Shown here in pieces: positions 18,738 to 27,758 of a stretch of 64,000 nt of DNA. The translations under genes and the position numbers were made by a program. Location of the stretch: IMG/VR virus record IMGVR_UViG_3300020048_000003. One strand, 5' to 3'. Under the pieces are notes generated by a model. It was not told the origin of the DNA. It ran no database searches and saw only the letters and a list, made by a program, of their open reading frames with translations. The DNA comes from a virus. The number at the start of each line of letters is the position of its first letter. Positions within the stretch are counted from its first letter, which is position 1.

Positions 18738-19067
18738 TTAAGAAAAGTTTAGTTCTTTAATTTTTTGTAATTTTTTCTGACGATTTTGATTCTTCATTTT
18801 TCTTTCTAATTGAAGAATTTTATTATCACTCCATTTATTAAATATCATATCTCTTATATGACTAAAATCGTTATCAGCAAGAAATCTTTCAACTTTTGTT
18901 ATTTCTAAATCACGATCACCAGAAAGTGTATATTCAATATCCATTACATGTAGAATAAAGTCTCTAACTTTTATGAGAGATAATGAAGAAAGATAATTTT
19001 TTAATTCAACTATCTCAATAGGATTTAGTTTTGCGACTAATACTATATTTAAATCAAATTTTTTCAT
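18738..19067 (-). CDS. hypothetical protein, family A
   Basis: C-terminal tail ...RQKKLQKIKELNFS. Confidence 0.45.
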   Translation of the reverse strand: MKKFDLNIVLVAKLNPIEIVELKNYLSSLSLIKVRDFILHVMDIEYTLSGDRDLEITKVERFLADNDFSHIRDMIFNKWSDNKILQLERKMKNQNRQKKLQKIKELNFS

Positions 19068-19069
19068 AA

Positions 19070-19711
19070 TTAGAATTTATAAAGTTTAGTAGGTTTACGA
19101 CTTTTTAACATATGGAGGCTCATGTTCATTTCAGAAATTCCTTTTTCTAATTTAGCTTTGTCTCCTATTCTTTTAAGAACCCATCCTTCAAGCATGTCAA
19201 CTAATGTGATTTTTTTCCAAAGTTCTAAGAAATTTTCATAGAAAGTTTTTACTCTATACACATTTTCATTAATTTTATAGAGATAATCATTTTCATCAAC
19301 AGTACCGAAAAGTTCATCAAGTAATTTTACTCTTTCTTCAAATGTAGTACCAATAAGATATTCACCATTATAAACCAAAATGTCAAAAATTACAAATTTG
19401 TGATTCCAAGGTTTACCATCAATTCCTTTTTTATTTTTATTCATGTATTCGCCAACAATAACATTCCAGTTATCATTACCGCAATTAAGAACTTCTAAGT
19501 CATTGATTTTCAATTTGAAATTTGATAAATTCTCATTTTCATGTCTACCAAAATTTTTGAAATCTTTTCCTTTTATGTAGATAGTGCAACATGAACCATT
19601 CAATTTTGGTTGACCTAAATACATACCTTCATATTGTCCAAGTTTTTCTGGATTAGTTGTGTACTCTGGACGAGGAGGATAGTAGTACTTAAAACGAGTA
19701 TATGGTTGCAT
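19070..19711 (-). CDS. minimal ATP-dependent ligase (DNA/RNA ligase nucleotidyltransferase superfamily)
   Basis: Motif I KLNGS around the Lys. Motif III VIVGEY. FDIL. Motif IV EGWVLK. A class-1 promoter lies upstream. Confidence 0.55.
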   Translation of the reverse strand: MQPYTRFKYYYPPRPEYTTNPEKLGQYEGMYLGQPKLNGSCCTIYIKGKDFKNFGRHENENLSNFKLKINDLEVLNCGNDNWNVIVGEYMNKNKKGIDGKPWNHKFVIFDILVYNGEYLIGTTFEERVKLLDELFGTVDENDYLYKINENVYRVKTFYENFLELWKKITLVDMLEGWVLKRIGDKAKLEKGISEMNMSLHMLKSRKPTKLYKF

Positions 19712-19732
19712 ATTTTTCTATTTTGATTAGAA

Positions 19733-19746
19733 TGCAAAGATACGGA
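19733..19746 (-). promoter_or_regulatory. class-1 promoter element (coding strand CCGTATCTTTGCATT; -7 box TAnnTTTG)
   Basis: One of about 11 copies of TGCAAAGATACGG on the plus strand, each 15-40 nt upstream of a minus-strand start codon. Confidence 0.5.
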
Positions 19747-19765
19747 AATATTATGGATTAAAAAA

Positions 19766-20089
19766 TTAACTTTTATACCAAGGTTTATATTTCTTGATTT
19801 GTTCTAGTTTTATTTTTCTTTTTACTTTAATATCAACAATCACTTCTTTTGGTTTGAATTTATAAAATTTTGATTTTTCAAAAATTGATATTCTATCATT
19901 TATAAACTTGAGTCTAAATCCTTCGCAGTAGCTAAAATTAGACCAACGGTAAGCTTTGGAAATATCCTGAGTAATCTCGTATGAATAACCAAGAGGTCTC
20001 TTCCTAAAGGTTTTAATGTAGCCTACGAAAGTTTGCTCATTTTTAATTTCAATTACATAAATACCTGATTTAAATTTTATTTCTTTCAT
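19766..20089 (-). CDS. hypothetical protein, family A
   Basis: C-terminal tail KRKIKLEQIKKYKPWYKS. Confidence 0.45.
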   Translation of the reverse strand: MKEIKFKSGIYVIEIKNEQTFVGYIKTFRKRPLGYSYEITQDISKAYRWSNFSYCEGFRLKFINDRISIFEKSKFYKFKPKEVIVDIKVKRKIKLEQIKKYKPWYKS

Positions 20090-20153
20090 TTAGCAAAATT
20101 AAATTAAAATCCATTATAAAAAAATAATATATAAAGAAAAGTAATATTTAGAT

Positions 20154-20354
20154 ATGAAGATAAAAAAATTTTCAAAATTAAATGAGGGATTTTTAGACAA
20201 ATCCGAGTATTTCTGGGAGGTTAGAAAGAATATAAATAATTTTGGTTTTGATAATGATGAAGTCTTAGATTTTTTTATTGCTGAAATTGGTAAAGAAAAG
20301 AGTAAAGAGATATTAGAGAAACTGCACGATAAATTAGAAAGAGATGATTTTTAA
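20154..20354 (+). CDS. small hypothetical protein
   Basis: ORF track. Confidence 0.35.
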   Translation: MKIKKFSKLNEGFLDKSEYFWEVRKNINNFGFDNDEVLDFFIAEIGKEKSKEILEKLHDKLERDDF

Positions 20355-20374
20355 GAAAAAATAATAAACACAAA

Positions 20375-20887
20375 ATGAAAACAACAAATAATAAAATACT
20401 TCCTTTTTCAATATTTGAAGGGTATGATGATGGTGATATTGGTATAGAAAATAAAAAAGAGACTGTTGAGAAATTAAATAAACTATTATCTAATTATTTC
20501 ATTTTATATATGAAGTTATTAAATTTTCATTGGAATATTGTTAGTAAAAGATTTAATAATATTCATAAATTCTTTGAAGAACTTTATGATAAAATTTTTG
20601 AAAATATTGATAGTGTTGCAGAAAGAATTAGAATAATTGGTGGTAGACCTATAAGTAGTTTGGAAGGCTATTTAAAAAATACGGACTTGAAAGAAAATAC
20701 TGATTCAGATGTTCCTGATGTTGATAAAATGATAGAAGAAATTCTCTATGATTATGAAACAATAATAAAAGAAATTAGAGATTATTTAAGTGATGATTTA
20801 GATAATGGTACAAGTAAATTTTTAGAAGATTTAATTGAAGCACACGAAAAAGACGCATGGATGTTAAGATCAAATTTAGAGAATTAA
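20375..20887 (+). CDS. Dps-like ferritin (DNA-protection-during-starvation family)
   Basis: LNFHWNIVSKRFNNIHKFFEELYD...IDSVAERIRIIGGRP matches the Dps signature NFHWNVKG...HE.FEE.Y...D.IAERI..LGG. Confidence 0.65.
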   Translation: MKTTNNKILPFSIFEGYDDGDIGIENKKETVEKLNKLLSNYFILYMKLLNFHWNIVSKRFNNIHKFFEELYDKIFENIDSVAERIRIIGGRPISSLEGYLKNTDLKENTDSDVPDVDKMIEEILYDYETIIKEIRDYLSDDLDNGTSKFLEDLIEAHEKDAWMLRSNLEN

Positions 20888-20891
20888 TGTT

Positions 20892-21233
20892 ATGATAAAT
20901 TTAATTACTATAATAATACCGTTTATAATCACCATATTATTTTCAATATTTAATGGTTTAATTATTAATTGGAGGTCGGCTACAGGTGAAGATGCGATTA
21001 GACTTTCAAAAAAATGGCATAAAGTTGGATTTTTAATACATATGTTAATTGTAGCTGAAATTTTTTTACTTGGTGGTTGGATATGGGGAATAGTTGGATT
21101 TTTTACAGTTTGGATTATACATAATATAATCATTGCGATTCAAATGGGTCAGAAATGGTATTATGTTGGAACAACATCTTGGTTTGATAGACAAATACGA
21201 AAAATATTCAAGAATGTAAATTTTGATAAATAA
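20892..21233 (+). CDS. membrane protein
   Basis: Three hydrophobic helices. Confidence 0.45.
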   Translation: MINLITIIIPFIITILFSIFNGLIINWRSATGEDAIRLSKKWHKVGFLIHMLIVAEIFLLGGWIWGIVGFFTVWIIHNIIIAIQMGQKWYYVGTTSWFDRQIRKIFKNVNFDK

Positions 21234-21238
21234 AAAAA

Positions 21239-21262
21239 GCCACCTATTGGTGGCTTTTTTTT
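21239..21262 (+). terminator. rho-independent terminator
   Basis: GCCACC-TATT-GGTGGC followed by a T8 run. Confidence 0.6.
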
Positions 21263-21436
21263 AACATATTAATTACTATCTCTATTATAAAATCTAATTT
21301 TTGCTTTTTTGGCTTATCTATATTATATATTATTATTATAAATTTACCAAGTCGGGGGACTGTTACACCTTTCCATATTTTATTAATTTATTGGTTAATA
21401 ATCTGTTAGTGAGTTTATATTGAATTCTTCAAAGAA

Positions 21437-21592
21437 GAATGGATTATTCAGGAAAATTGCAAGTATCAATTCGGTTAGAATCATCAACAAAATTAACAAC
21501 GGTTTTGTCAAAATTCAAATTGGGAGAAAGTTTCAAAGAAGATTCAAATCCGAAACCAGTAGTCAACAAATCATCAAACATATCATTCATAA
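21437..21592 (-). CDS. small acidic hypothetical protein (49 aa; not in the ORF track)
   Basis: Hand translation gives MNDMFDDLLTTGFGFESSLKL.... A class-2 promoter copy lies upstream. Confidence 0.3.
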
Positions 21593-21620
21593 TTTTTAAT
21601 TTTTAAAGGATTAGTGTTTC

Positions 21621-21666
21621 TGTTTCAACAATACAAAAGTACAATTTTTATTTGAATAAAAAAAAT
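21621..21666 (-). promoter_or_regulatory. class-2 promoter element
   Basis: Second copy of the ~46-bp repeat. Confidence 0.5.
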
Positions 21667-21677
21667 TCTATAAAAAT

Positions 21678-22685
21678 TTATTGAAAAGTTTGATTATTTA
21701 TTACAGGATTTTCGTTTATATTAAGTACATTTACTGTTACTGTTGCTGAACTTGATAGAGCCGGTGTACCATTATCAATTACTTTAATCACTAATGCGAA
21801 AGATGGTGTTGTTTCATAATCAAGTTGAGAAGGATTAGTTACAAGTAATGCACCTGTTGCGGCATTTATAGAGAATGTGCCACCCGTATTTCCAGACTCA
21901 ATTGAGAAAGTTTTTGTTTGTCCAGCATCAGGATCAGTGGTGACAATAGTTCCAACTAATGTGGCATTTGCAGAATTTTCATTCACATTAAATGTTTGAT
22001 TATTAATAACTGGTGTTTCGTTTACATTAAGTATATTAACTGTAATTGTTGCTTGTGCAGATAGTGGTACAGTTGCATTGTCTTGTACTTTTACAACAAT
22101 AGGAATGGATTGAACTGTTTCATAATTCAATATTGGAGAATTAAAAACTGTTAATACTCCTGATGTTGCGTTTATTGCAAATACTCCTCCAGTGTTTCCT
22201 GATACGATAGAATATGTTTTTGTTTGTCTTGCTTCTGGGTCCGTAGCAACTACGGTACCAATTACTGTACTATTTGATGAATTTTCATTTATACTAAATG
22301 TTTGAGGTGCAATACTTGGCACAGTATTATATTCATTTAATGTGATAAGATAAGTAGAAAATTTAGGATCTGGTAGACCATTTGTTGTACCATTATCTAA
22401 TAGTTTAAGTGTGAAAGTAAATGTAGTTAATGTACTATTATTTATTGCTGTAGCGTCATTTACAAATATATCACCAAGTGTATTTTTCCATAGTGTCTGT
22501 GTTTCTACTATACTCCAAGTAATTGTGTTATTTTCAGGATCACAACCTGTAAAATGTTCAACTTGTAAGTTGGCTGTTACTGGTTTATAGAAATTTATTG
22601 GTTTTACTACATATGTAGGACATATAGTTTGACTGAAGCCAATGAATGACATTAGCATTAAGATGATTGTAAATAATTTTTTCAT
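21678..22685 (-). CDS. secreted cadherin-like repeat protein
   Basis: Signal peptide. Tandem ~95-aa repeats containing SGNTGGVFAINATSGVLTV..NYETVQS, a cadherin-like L.YE signature. Confidence 0.55.
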   Translation of the reverse strand: MKKLFTIILMLMSFIGFSQTICPTYVVKPINFYKPVTANLQVEHFTGCDPENNTITWSIVETQTLWKNTLGDIFVNDATAINNSTLTTFTFTLKLLDNGTTNGLPDPKFSTYLITLNEYNTVPSIAPQTFSINENSSNSTVIGTVVATDPEARQTKTYSIVSGNTGGVFAINATSGVLTVFNSPILNYETVQSIPIVVKVQDNATVPLSAQATITVNILNVNETPVINNQTFNVNENSANATLVGTIVTTDPDAGQTKTFSIESGNTGGTFSINAATGALLVTNPSQLDYETTPSFALVIKVIDNGTPALSSSATVTVNVLNINENPVINNQTFQ

Positions 22686-22731
22686 AATTTTGATATTTAT
22701 TATATATATTTAGTGTGATTTTTTTAAAAGT

Positions 22732-23370
22732 TTAATTTGGAAATATGAAATTGAAACATAAATTATAAGTATATCCATTTAAGATATTGTCTGGTGTCAT
22801 AGTTAAATTGATAGTATCTGTAAATTTATAACTAACACCACCAGATATTTTAAAAAATTTAACTATATTTAGTTCAACTTCGGCACCAGGTTCAATAATA
22901 TAAAATATATCTTGATAATTATCATCATAAATTGTCAGGTTATTATTATCACAATAAGAGGCTGAACCTACACCACCTTTAAAAGTTGCATTAACGTGAA
23001 TTGGTAATACTGGAAAAAATCTTACTTCGGTGAATAAACCACCATATCCATATCTAAAATATCCACCCCGACTTTGATATCCATAGATTGTAGAATAATT
23101 ATAAGGTATGTATGGATTATACAAATTATCAGAATTTGTATAACCATACACACCAATAGCAAAATTCTCATTTAATATACAACCTATTGATAGTCCAATT
23201 TCAATTGCTCTATTATCACTTAAATTTTGGTCATTTAACAACTGATAACCTAATTTAAATGAGCCAGATAAAGATACTCTTGTGGTATCAGAATTTCCAA
23301 AGAGATTAATATCTTGTGAAAATGTAGATAAACTACATAATATAAAAAGTAAAATAAATATTTTTTTCAT
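22732..23370 (-). CDS. putative outer-membrane beta-barrel protein
   Basis: Signal peptide. Alternating Gly/Tyr-rich amphipathic strands. The C-terminus ends in an aromatic residue. Confidence 0.45.
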   Translation of the reverse strand: MKKIFILLFILCSLSTFSQDINLFGNSDTTRVSLSGSFKLGYQLLNDQNLSDNRAIEIGLSIGCILNENFAIGVYGYTNSDNLYNPYIPYNYSTIYGYQSRGGYFRYGYGGLFTEVRFFPVLPIHVNATFKGGVGSASYCDNNNLTIYDDNYQDIFYIIEPGAEVELNIVKFFKISGGVSYKFTDTINLTMTPDNILNGYTYNLCFNFIFPN

Positions 23371-23371
23371 T

Positions 23372-23857
23372 TTAATAATTTTGAGTAAGAACTAATTTAT
23401 ATGCAACATTATAAACTCTGCTACCGTGATTGCTACAACTTGATGGATGAAGGGGTTTTCTACATTTATGATATGTAGCACCACATACAGGACAAGTTAA
23501 GGTGTATTTTACAATTTTTTTAAGAGACTTTGCACGACCTTCTTCACCATCTTTATATTTTTCAGCGCCATGACAACGTTTTCCATCACCACCAAGTTCT
23601 ATACATTTGGCTTTCCAAACTTTATCATGATTGTGTATAGGAGTTAATGCGTGTGCAATTTCGTGTAAGATAGTATCTTTGATTGCCCAATCAGTCATTA
23701 AAGGAACAAGATATTGAGAAAGTTCAATTTGTTTATCGGTGTAATCACAACAACCGAAGGCTCTTTTCCTTCTATTGGTAGTTACAGTCCAATTTTTCAA
23801 TTCGCTATGATTTTTCAGTAAATTTTTTGTTAGTGTAATTGCCTGATTTATAGTCAT
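23372..23857 (-). CDS. SprT-like zinc metalloprotease with a C-terminal zinc ribbon
   Basis: HEIAHAL HExxH motif. C-terminal CPVCGATYHKC...C..H. Confidence 0.55.
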   Translation of the reverse strand: MTINQAITLTKNLLKNHSELKNWTVTTNRRKRAFGCCDYTDKQIELSQYLVPLMTDWAIKDTILHEIAHALTPIHNHDKVWKAKCIELGGDGKRCHGAEKYKDGEEGRAKSLKKIVKYTLTCPVCGATYHKCRKPLHPSSCSNHGSRVYNVAYKLVLTQNY

Positions 23858-23898
23858 ATGATTTTTTTAGAGGTTTAGAGGTTTAGAAAGATTTATTC

Positions 23899-23945
23899 TG
23901 TTTCAACAATACAAAAGTACAATTTTTTCCTGAATAAAAAAAATT
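23899..23945 (-). promoter_or_regulatory. class-2 promoter element
   Basis: Third copy. Preceded by the TAGAGGTT TAGAGGTT tandem. Confidence 0.5.
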
Positions 23946-23956
23946 ACATGAAAAAA

Positions 23957-23980
23957 AGCCACCTTTCGGTGGCTTCCCAG
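23957..23980 (-). terminator. rho-independent terminator (minus strand)
   Basis: AGCCACC-GAAA-GGTGGCT with a T-run on the minus strand, after 23988..24335. Confidence 0.5.
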
Positions 23981-23987
23981 GCTGGCA

Positions 23988-24335
23988 TTAGGAACTGGCA
24001 GTCTGATGTTCTTTTAATTTTTCTAATCTAATATTAAATAAATATCTTATAATATGTTTTTGCATTTCATAAAAATTAATATCTGACAATTTGACAGGTT
24101 TTTCTAATTTTTCGTCCCATAAATGAGACATTCCTGACACTCTAAAGAATAAATCATTAAATATTTTAATTTTTATATTATCTTTTTCAAAAACTACATT
24201 TTCAAGTTTTCTCCTACAATAGAATTTACCAAATCTATGTTCATCAGTTTCATCATAATCTTCGTGAAATGAGAAACCTTCTGATTCTAGGTCGGAGATT
24301 ATTTTTTTAACTGAATTACTCTCCAAGTTTGTCAT
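23988..24335 (-). CDS. hypothetical protein
   Basis: ORF track. Confidence 0.45.
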   Translation of the reverse strand: MTNLESNSVKKIISDLESEGFSFHEDYDETDEHRFGKFYCRRKLENVVFEKDNIKIKIFNDLFFRVSGMSHLWDEKLEKPVKLSDINFYEMQKHIIRYLFNIRLEKLKEHQTASS

Positions 24336-24408
24336 ATTATTTGGTTATTATAGTTTATAAAAAAGGACAACAAGAGATTTCTCTTGTTGTCCTAACCTCT
24401 TCTAACTC

Positions 24409-25014
24409 TTAACGGGTTTCTTTCAACATAAGAACTGGGTTGATATCACCAATAAGTCCTTCAACATCACCATTTCCTACGGTGAAAGCTTCGTTGATTG
24501 CATCTGACTTAATGTTATAGGTAACACGGTTGGTAAAAAGTTCTTCTTTTTCAGCATCGGTCATAAAGTCGTTTGCTTCACCAAGGATCAGTTCTTCAAT
24601 TTTCTCGGCATATTTGCGATAAAGTTCGTCATTCATAATGAGTTCTGATTTTTCTTCAACGAAAGTTTCGCCATATTTTTCACGAAGTTCAGTTGCGCGG
24701 TCTTCGTCCATTGCTCCGGTATATTTCTTTACAACGATGAACATAACTTTGTCACCATTTTCTGATTCAACTTTAATTGATTCAGGATTGCGTTTCAGTT
24801 TGGTATACATTTTCTTGTATTCATCAAGAGCGGTTGCTTTGATTTCACCTTCAACTGATTTCTGCTCGGCAGTCAGGTCTTTAATGTCGTTTTTCACTTT
24901 ATTGAATTTTGCAAGTTTTTCTGCAAAATCAGCACCTTTTACAACTGCAACTGGGTGTAAGTCTTTCTTTACAGTTTCTTTTTTTGCTACTACGGTTTTC
25001 TTTCCTAATGCCAT
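24409..25014 (-). CDS. Lys/Glu-rich hypothetical protein, probably highly expressed
   Basis: Two tandem class-2 promoter copies lie upstream. Higher GC than its neighbours. Confidence 0.5.
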   Translation of the reverse strand: MALGKKTVVAKKETVKKDLHPVAVVKGADFAEKLAKFNKVKNDIKDLTAEQKSVEGEIKATALDEYKKMYTKLKRNPESIKVESENGDKVMFIVVKKYTGAMDEDRATELREKYGETFVEEKSELIMNDELYRKYAEKIEELILGEANDFMTDAEKEELFTNRVTYNIKSDAINEAFTVGNGDVEGLIGDINPVLMLKETR

Positions 25015-25048
25015 AATGTTATGTTTTTTTTAGAGGTTTATATCTTAT

Positions 25049-25095
25049 TGTTTCAACAGTACAAAAGTACAATTTTTATCTGAATAAAAAAAATC
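25049..25095 (-). promoter_or_regulatory. class-2 promoter element (proximal copy)
   Basis: Fourth copy. Confidence 0.5.
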
Positions 25096-25142
25096 TGATT
25101 AAAAATTTCTTTTGTTAATGTTTTTGATGATTGAGTGTTAGT

Positions 25143-25188
25143 GTTTCAACAGTACAAAAGTACAATTTTTATCTGAATAAAAAAAATC
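25143..25188 (-). promoter_or_regulatory. class-2 promoter element (distal tandem copy)
   Basis: Fifth copy, about 95 bp from the fourth. Confidence 0.45.
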
Positions 25189-25509
25189 CTATTTTTTAAT
25201 TTTTTTCGCAATGAATTCAATATCTTTAATAAAAGTTTGAATTAATATATCTCCAAAATAACCCATTCCAGTTCCTTCATAATTTTCTGATAAAAAGAAA
25301 AGTTTCATAATGGTAAATCCAAAATATACTGTCCATACCGCAGTACATAACATTGATAAACAGAGGTAAATTACTTCTATTATTCCAAATGGAAATAATG
25401 TGGCACCTATCAAAAATGCCGCAGACATAATATAAAGAACAATAGTTTCTTTAAGTGTTGTATAAAAACTTTTTAAGTCTTGATTAAATTCTAATGCTGT
25501 CTTTTTCAT
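25189..25509 (-). CDS. membrane protein
   Basis: Three transmembrane helices. Confidence 0.45.
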   Translation of the reverse strand: MKKTALEFNQDLKSFYTTLKETIVLYIMSAAFLIGATLFPFGIIEVIYLCLSMLCTAVWTVYFGFTIMKLFFLSENYEGTGMGYFGDILIQTFIKDIEFIAKKIKK

Positions 25510-25513
25510 AATT

Positions 25514-26554
25514 TTATTCTTCTTCTTCTCGTAAATATGTTTTATTAATTTCTACAAATTTTTCAAGTAATACTTGATGTTGATTATATTCGCCGCATTG
25601 TGGTGTTACATATAATTGATATGGTTTAAAATAACCTGACATACAATGTAAATTGTGCCTAATGGTTACAAGATCACACAACCAGCCACCAAAAGTTTTC
25701 ACATCTTCAATATATTGATCAACAATTGTAATGGGTTTTTTTGGTTCATTTTGAAAATTAAATTTCTTTGTCATTTTTCTCCAACTCCAATCGGAATTGC
25801 TCATTCCAATAATCCAAAATAATTGTTCTGCTTGTTTATCTTCTTCAAGATATTCCCACAATTGCCACATTGATTTATCACCAACCCACATTTTATCTTC
25901 TGGAATTTTCACAACACTATTTAGACTAGAATATTTATCAGTAAGATTGTGTATGGATCCTGATTTATGATGTAACCAAGTACCATCTGAATAGAATTTT
26001 TCACCATTAAATTCCCAAGTCTGATTGTATCTACTGATTTGACTTAACAAATATGTAGCATTTTGATTAGTTTCACCTTCAAAATCTGTGGCTTGTGCTT
26101 GTCCAACATAAGTAAAACCAAGCAATTCCAATATTTGTTTATTACCAAATTCTAAACTTCCAGCACCACCATAACCTTTATGAACATTAGTGCTCATAAA
26201 GTCATATACTTTTCTGTCAATAAACATGAATTCCCAATCTTTAATTTCACTTACTTTTTTGAGGTGTGCTGGAAAATCATCTTCATCATCACGAATTAAA
26301 CCGCGAGTAAAAAATGTACAAAATTGTTCAATTGTACAATTAAAATATTCTTCAATTTTCTTTGTATTATCATTTTTTTCAATATCCTCAAGTCCACCAT
26401 AATCATCATACTTACCAAAGATAGGAAGAGTTGCAGGAAGATATGGTAGATATGAACCATTCATCCTATCATTTTTTAGTGGTAAAAGAACACACTGTTG
26501 ACCTGCTGTTATAGCTATTTGACTTATTCCACAATAAACCGACCAAGAACCCAT
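25514..26554 (-). CDS. hypothetical protein
   Basis: ORF track. A class-1 promoter lies at 26577-26589. Confidence 0.5.
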   Translation of the reverse strand: MGSWSVYCGISQIAITAGQQCVLLPLKNDRMNGSYLPYLPATLPIFGKYDDYGGLEDIEKNDNTKKIEEYFNCTIEQFCTFFTRGLIRDDEDDFPAHLKKVSEIKDWEFMFIDRKVYDFMSTNVHKGYGGAGSLEFGNKQILELLGFTYVGQAQATDFEGETNQNATYLLSQISRYNQTWEFNGEKFYSDGTWLHHKSGSIHNLTDKYSSLNSVVKIPEDKMWVGDKSMWQLWEYLEEDKQAEQLFWIIGMSNSDWSWRKMTKKFNFQNEPKKPITIVDQYIEDVKTFGGWLCDLVTIRHNLHCMSGYFKPYQLYVTPQCGEYNQHQVLLEKFVEINKTYLREEEE

Positions 26555-26667
26555 ATTTTATATTTTTAGATTAGAATACAAAGATACAGAATATTTTTGA
26601 AATAAAAAAACTTAATGTATTTTTTAGAATAAAATAAAATGCTTAAATTTGCTTAAAATAAAACAAT

Positions 26668-27576
26668 ATGGATAAATTAGGATACGCTTGTATAAACACA
26701 ACATTAGCAGAAAAAGATATTACTGTTAATAGAGGTATGGTTCAGAGAACATTTAAGACTAAAGGTCTAAATTATGTTTCTGAACTTATCATTCTTAACG
26801 TTCAAGATTTTATATCTATAATTGAATGGAATGAAAAAAATAATATCAAGAATTATAGAATGAGTTCTGATATGTTTCCGTGGTTCACTCACTATAATTT
26901 AGAAGATTTGCCTCAGTATCAAAAAATAAAATTTTTGATGAAAACTGCTGGCAATTTAGCAAAAAAGTATAATCATAAATTAAGTTTTCATCCAGGTCCT
27001 TTTAATTGCTTGGCATCACCAAATCCTGATGTTGTTAAGAAAACTATTTTTGAATTAAATCAACATTCAAATTTAATTGACTTATTAGAACTTGATGAAA
27101 GTCCGTTTTATAATATTAATATTCACATAGGAGGCGTTTACGGTGATAAAATAGGTACGATGGAGAGATTTATTGAAAATTTTAACCTACTCTCAGAACC
27201 CACCAAAAAGCGGTTAACTTTAGAAAATGATGATTCAAATGGTTATACTGTAAAAGATTTATATACAGTTCATCAACGAACTAATATTCCAATTGTTTTT
27301 GATACATTACATTACTATTGTAATCCAGGTGATATGAGTTATGAAGATAGTTTTAATCTTGCATACTCTACTTGGAATAGTATTATTCCTGAAATACATC
27401 ACGCATCAAGCAAGAAGTTATATGAAGATGTAAAGGCAACTATTAAAACACATGCTGATTACATATTTGATGAAATAAATACTTGTGGAAAAGATGTTTA
27501 TGTTACTATTGAAAGTAAGGCAAAAGAATTAGCTTTACTGAAATATAGAAAAGATTATCATAAATTATATTCATAA
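26668..27576 (+). CDS. uvdE: UV damage endonuclease (UvdE/UvsE family)
   Basis: MDKLGYACINTTL...NYRMSSDMFPW plus His-rich C-terminal barrel residues typical of UVDE. Confidence 0.65.
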   Translation: MDKLGYACINTTLAEKDITVNRGMVQRTFKTKGLNYVSELIILNVQDFISIIEWNEKNNIKNYRMSSDMFPWFTHYNLEDLPQYQKIKFLMKTAGNLAKKYNHKLSFHPGPFNCLASPNPDVVKKTIFELNQHSNLIDLLELDESPFYNINIHIGGVYGDKIGTMERFIENFNLLSEPTKKRLTLENDDSNGYTVKDLYTVHQRTNIPIVFDTLHYYCNPGDMSYEDSFNLAYSTWNSIIPEIHHASSKKLYEDVKATIKTHADYIFDEINTCGKDVYVTIESKAKELALLKYRKDYHKLYS

Positions 27577-27758
27577 TGCCATATAAATATTTTTTAGAAC
27601 CTTGTGCTTATTGTAATAAAACTTTAATTGGAGAACATATTTGTTTGGTAGAGGAAAATTTTATAAATATATGTCGTTCTTGTTTTAATAATAGACAAAG
27701 AAAAGAACAAAGAAAAGAAAAGTTAAAAAAATTAAGCAATGTTCTTGATTTGCTCTAA
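27576..27758 (+). CDS. small zinc-ribbon protein, family A
   Basis: CAYCNK...CRSC. C-terminal tail RKEKLKKLSNVLDLL. Confidence 0.4.
   Translation: MPYKYFLEPCAYCNKTLIGEHICLVEENFINICRSCFNNRQRKEQRKEKLKKLSNVLDLL

Noticed and set aside
23868-23896. Tandem duplication TTAGAGGTTTAGAGGTTTAG
   Set aside because: It is only two 8-bp units and part of the leader between a promoter element and a start codon. It is too short to be a meaningful repeat array.
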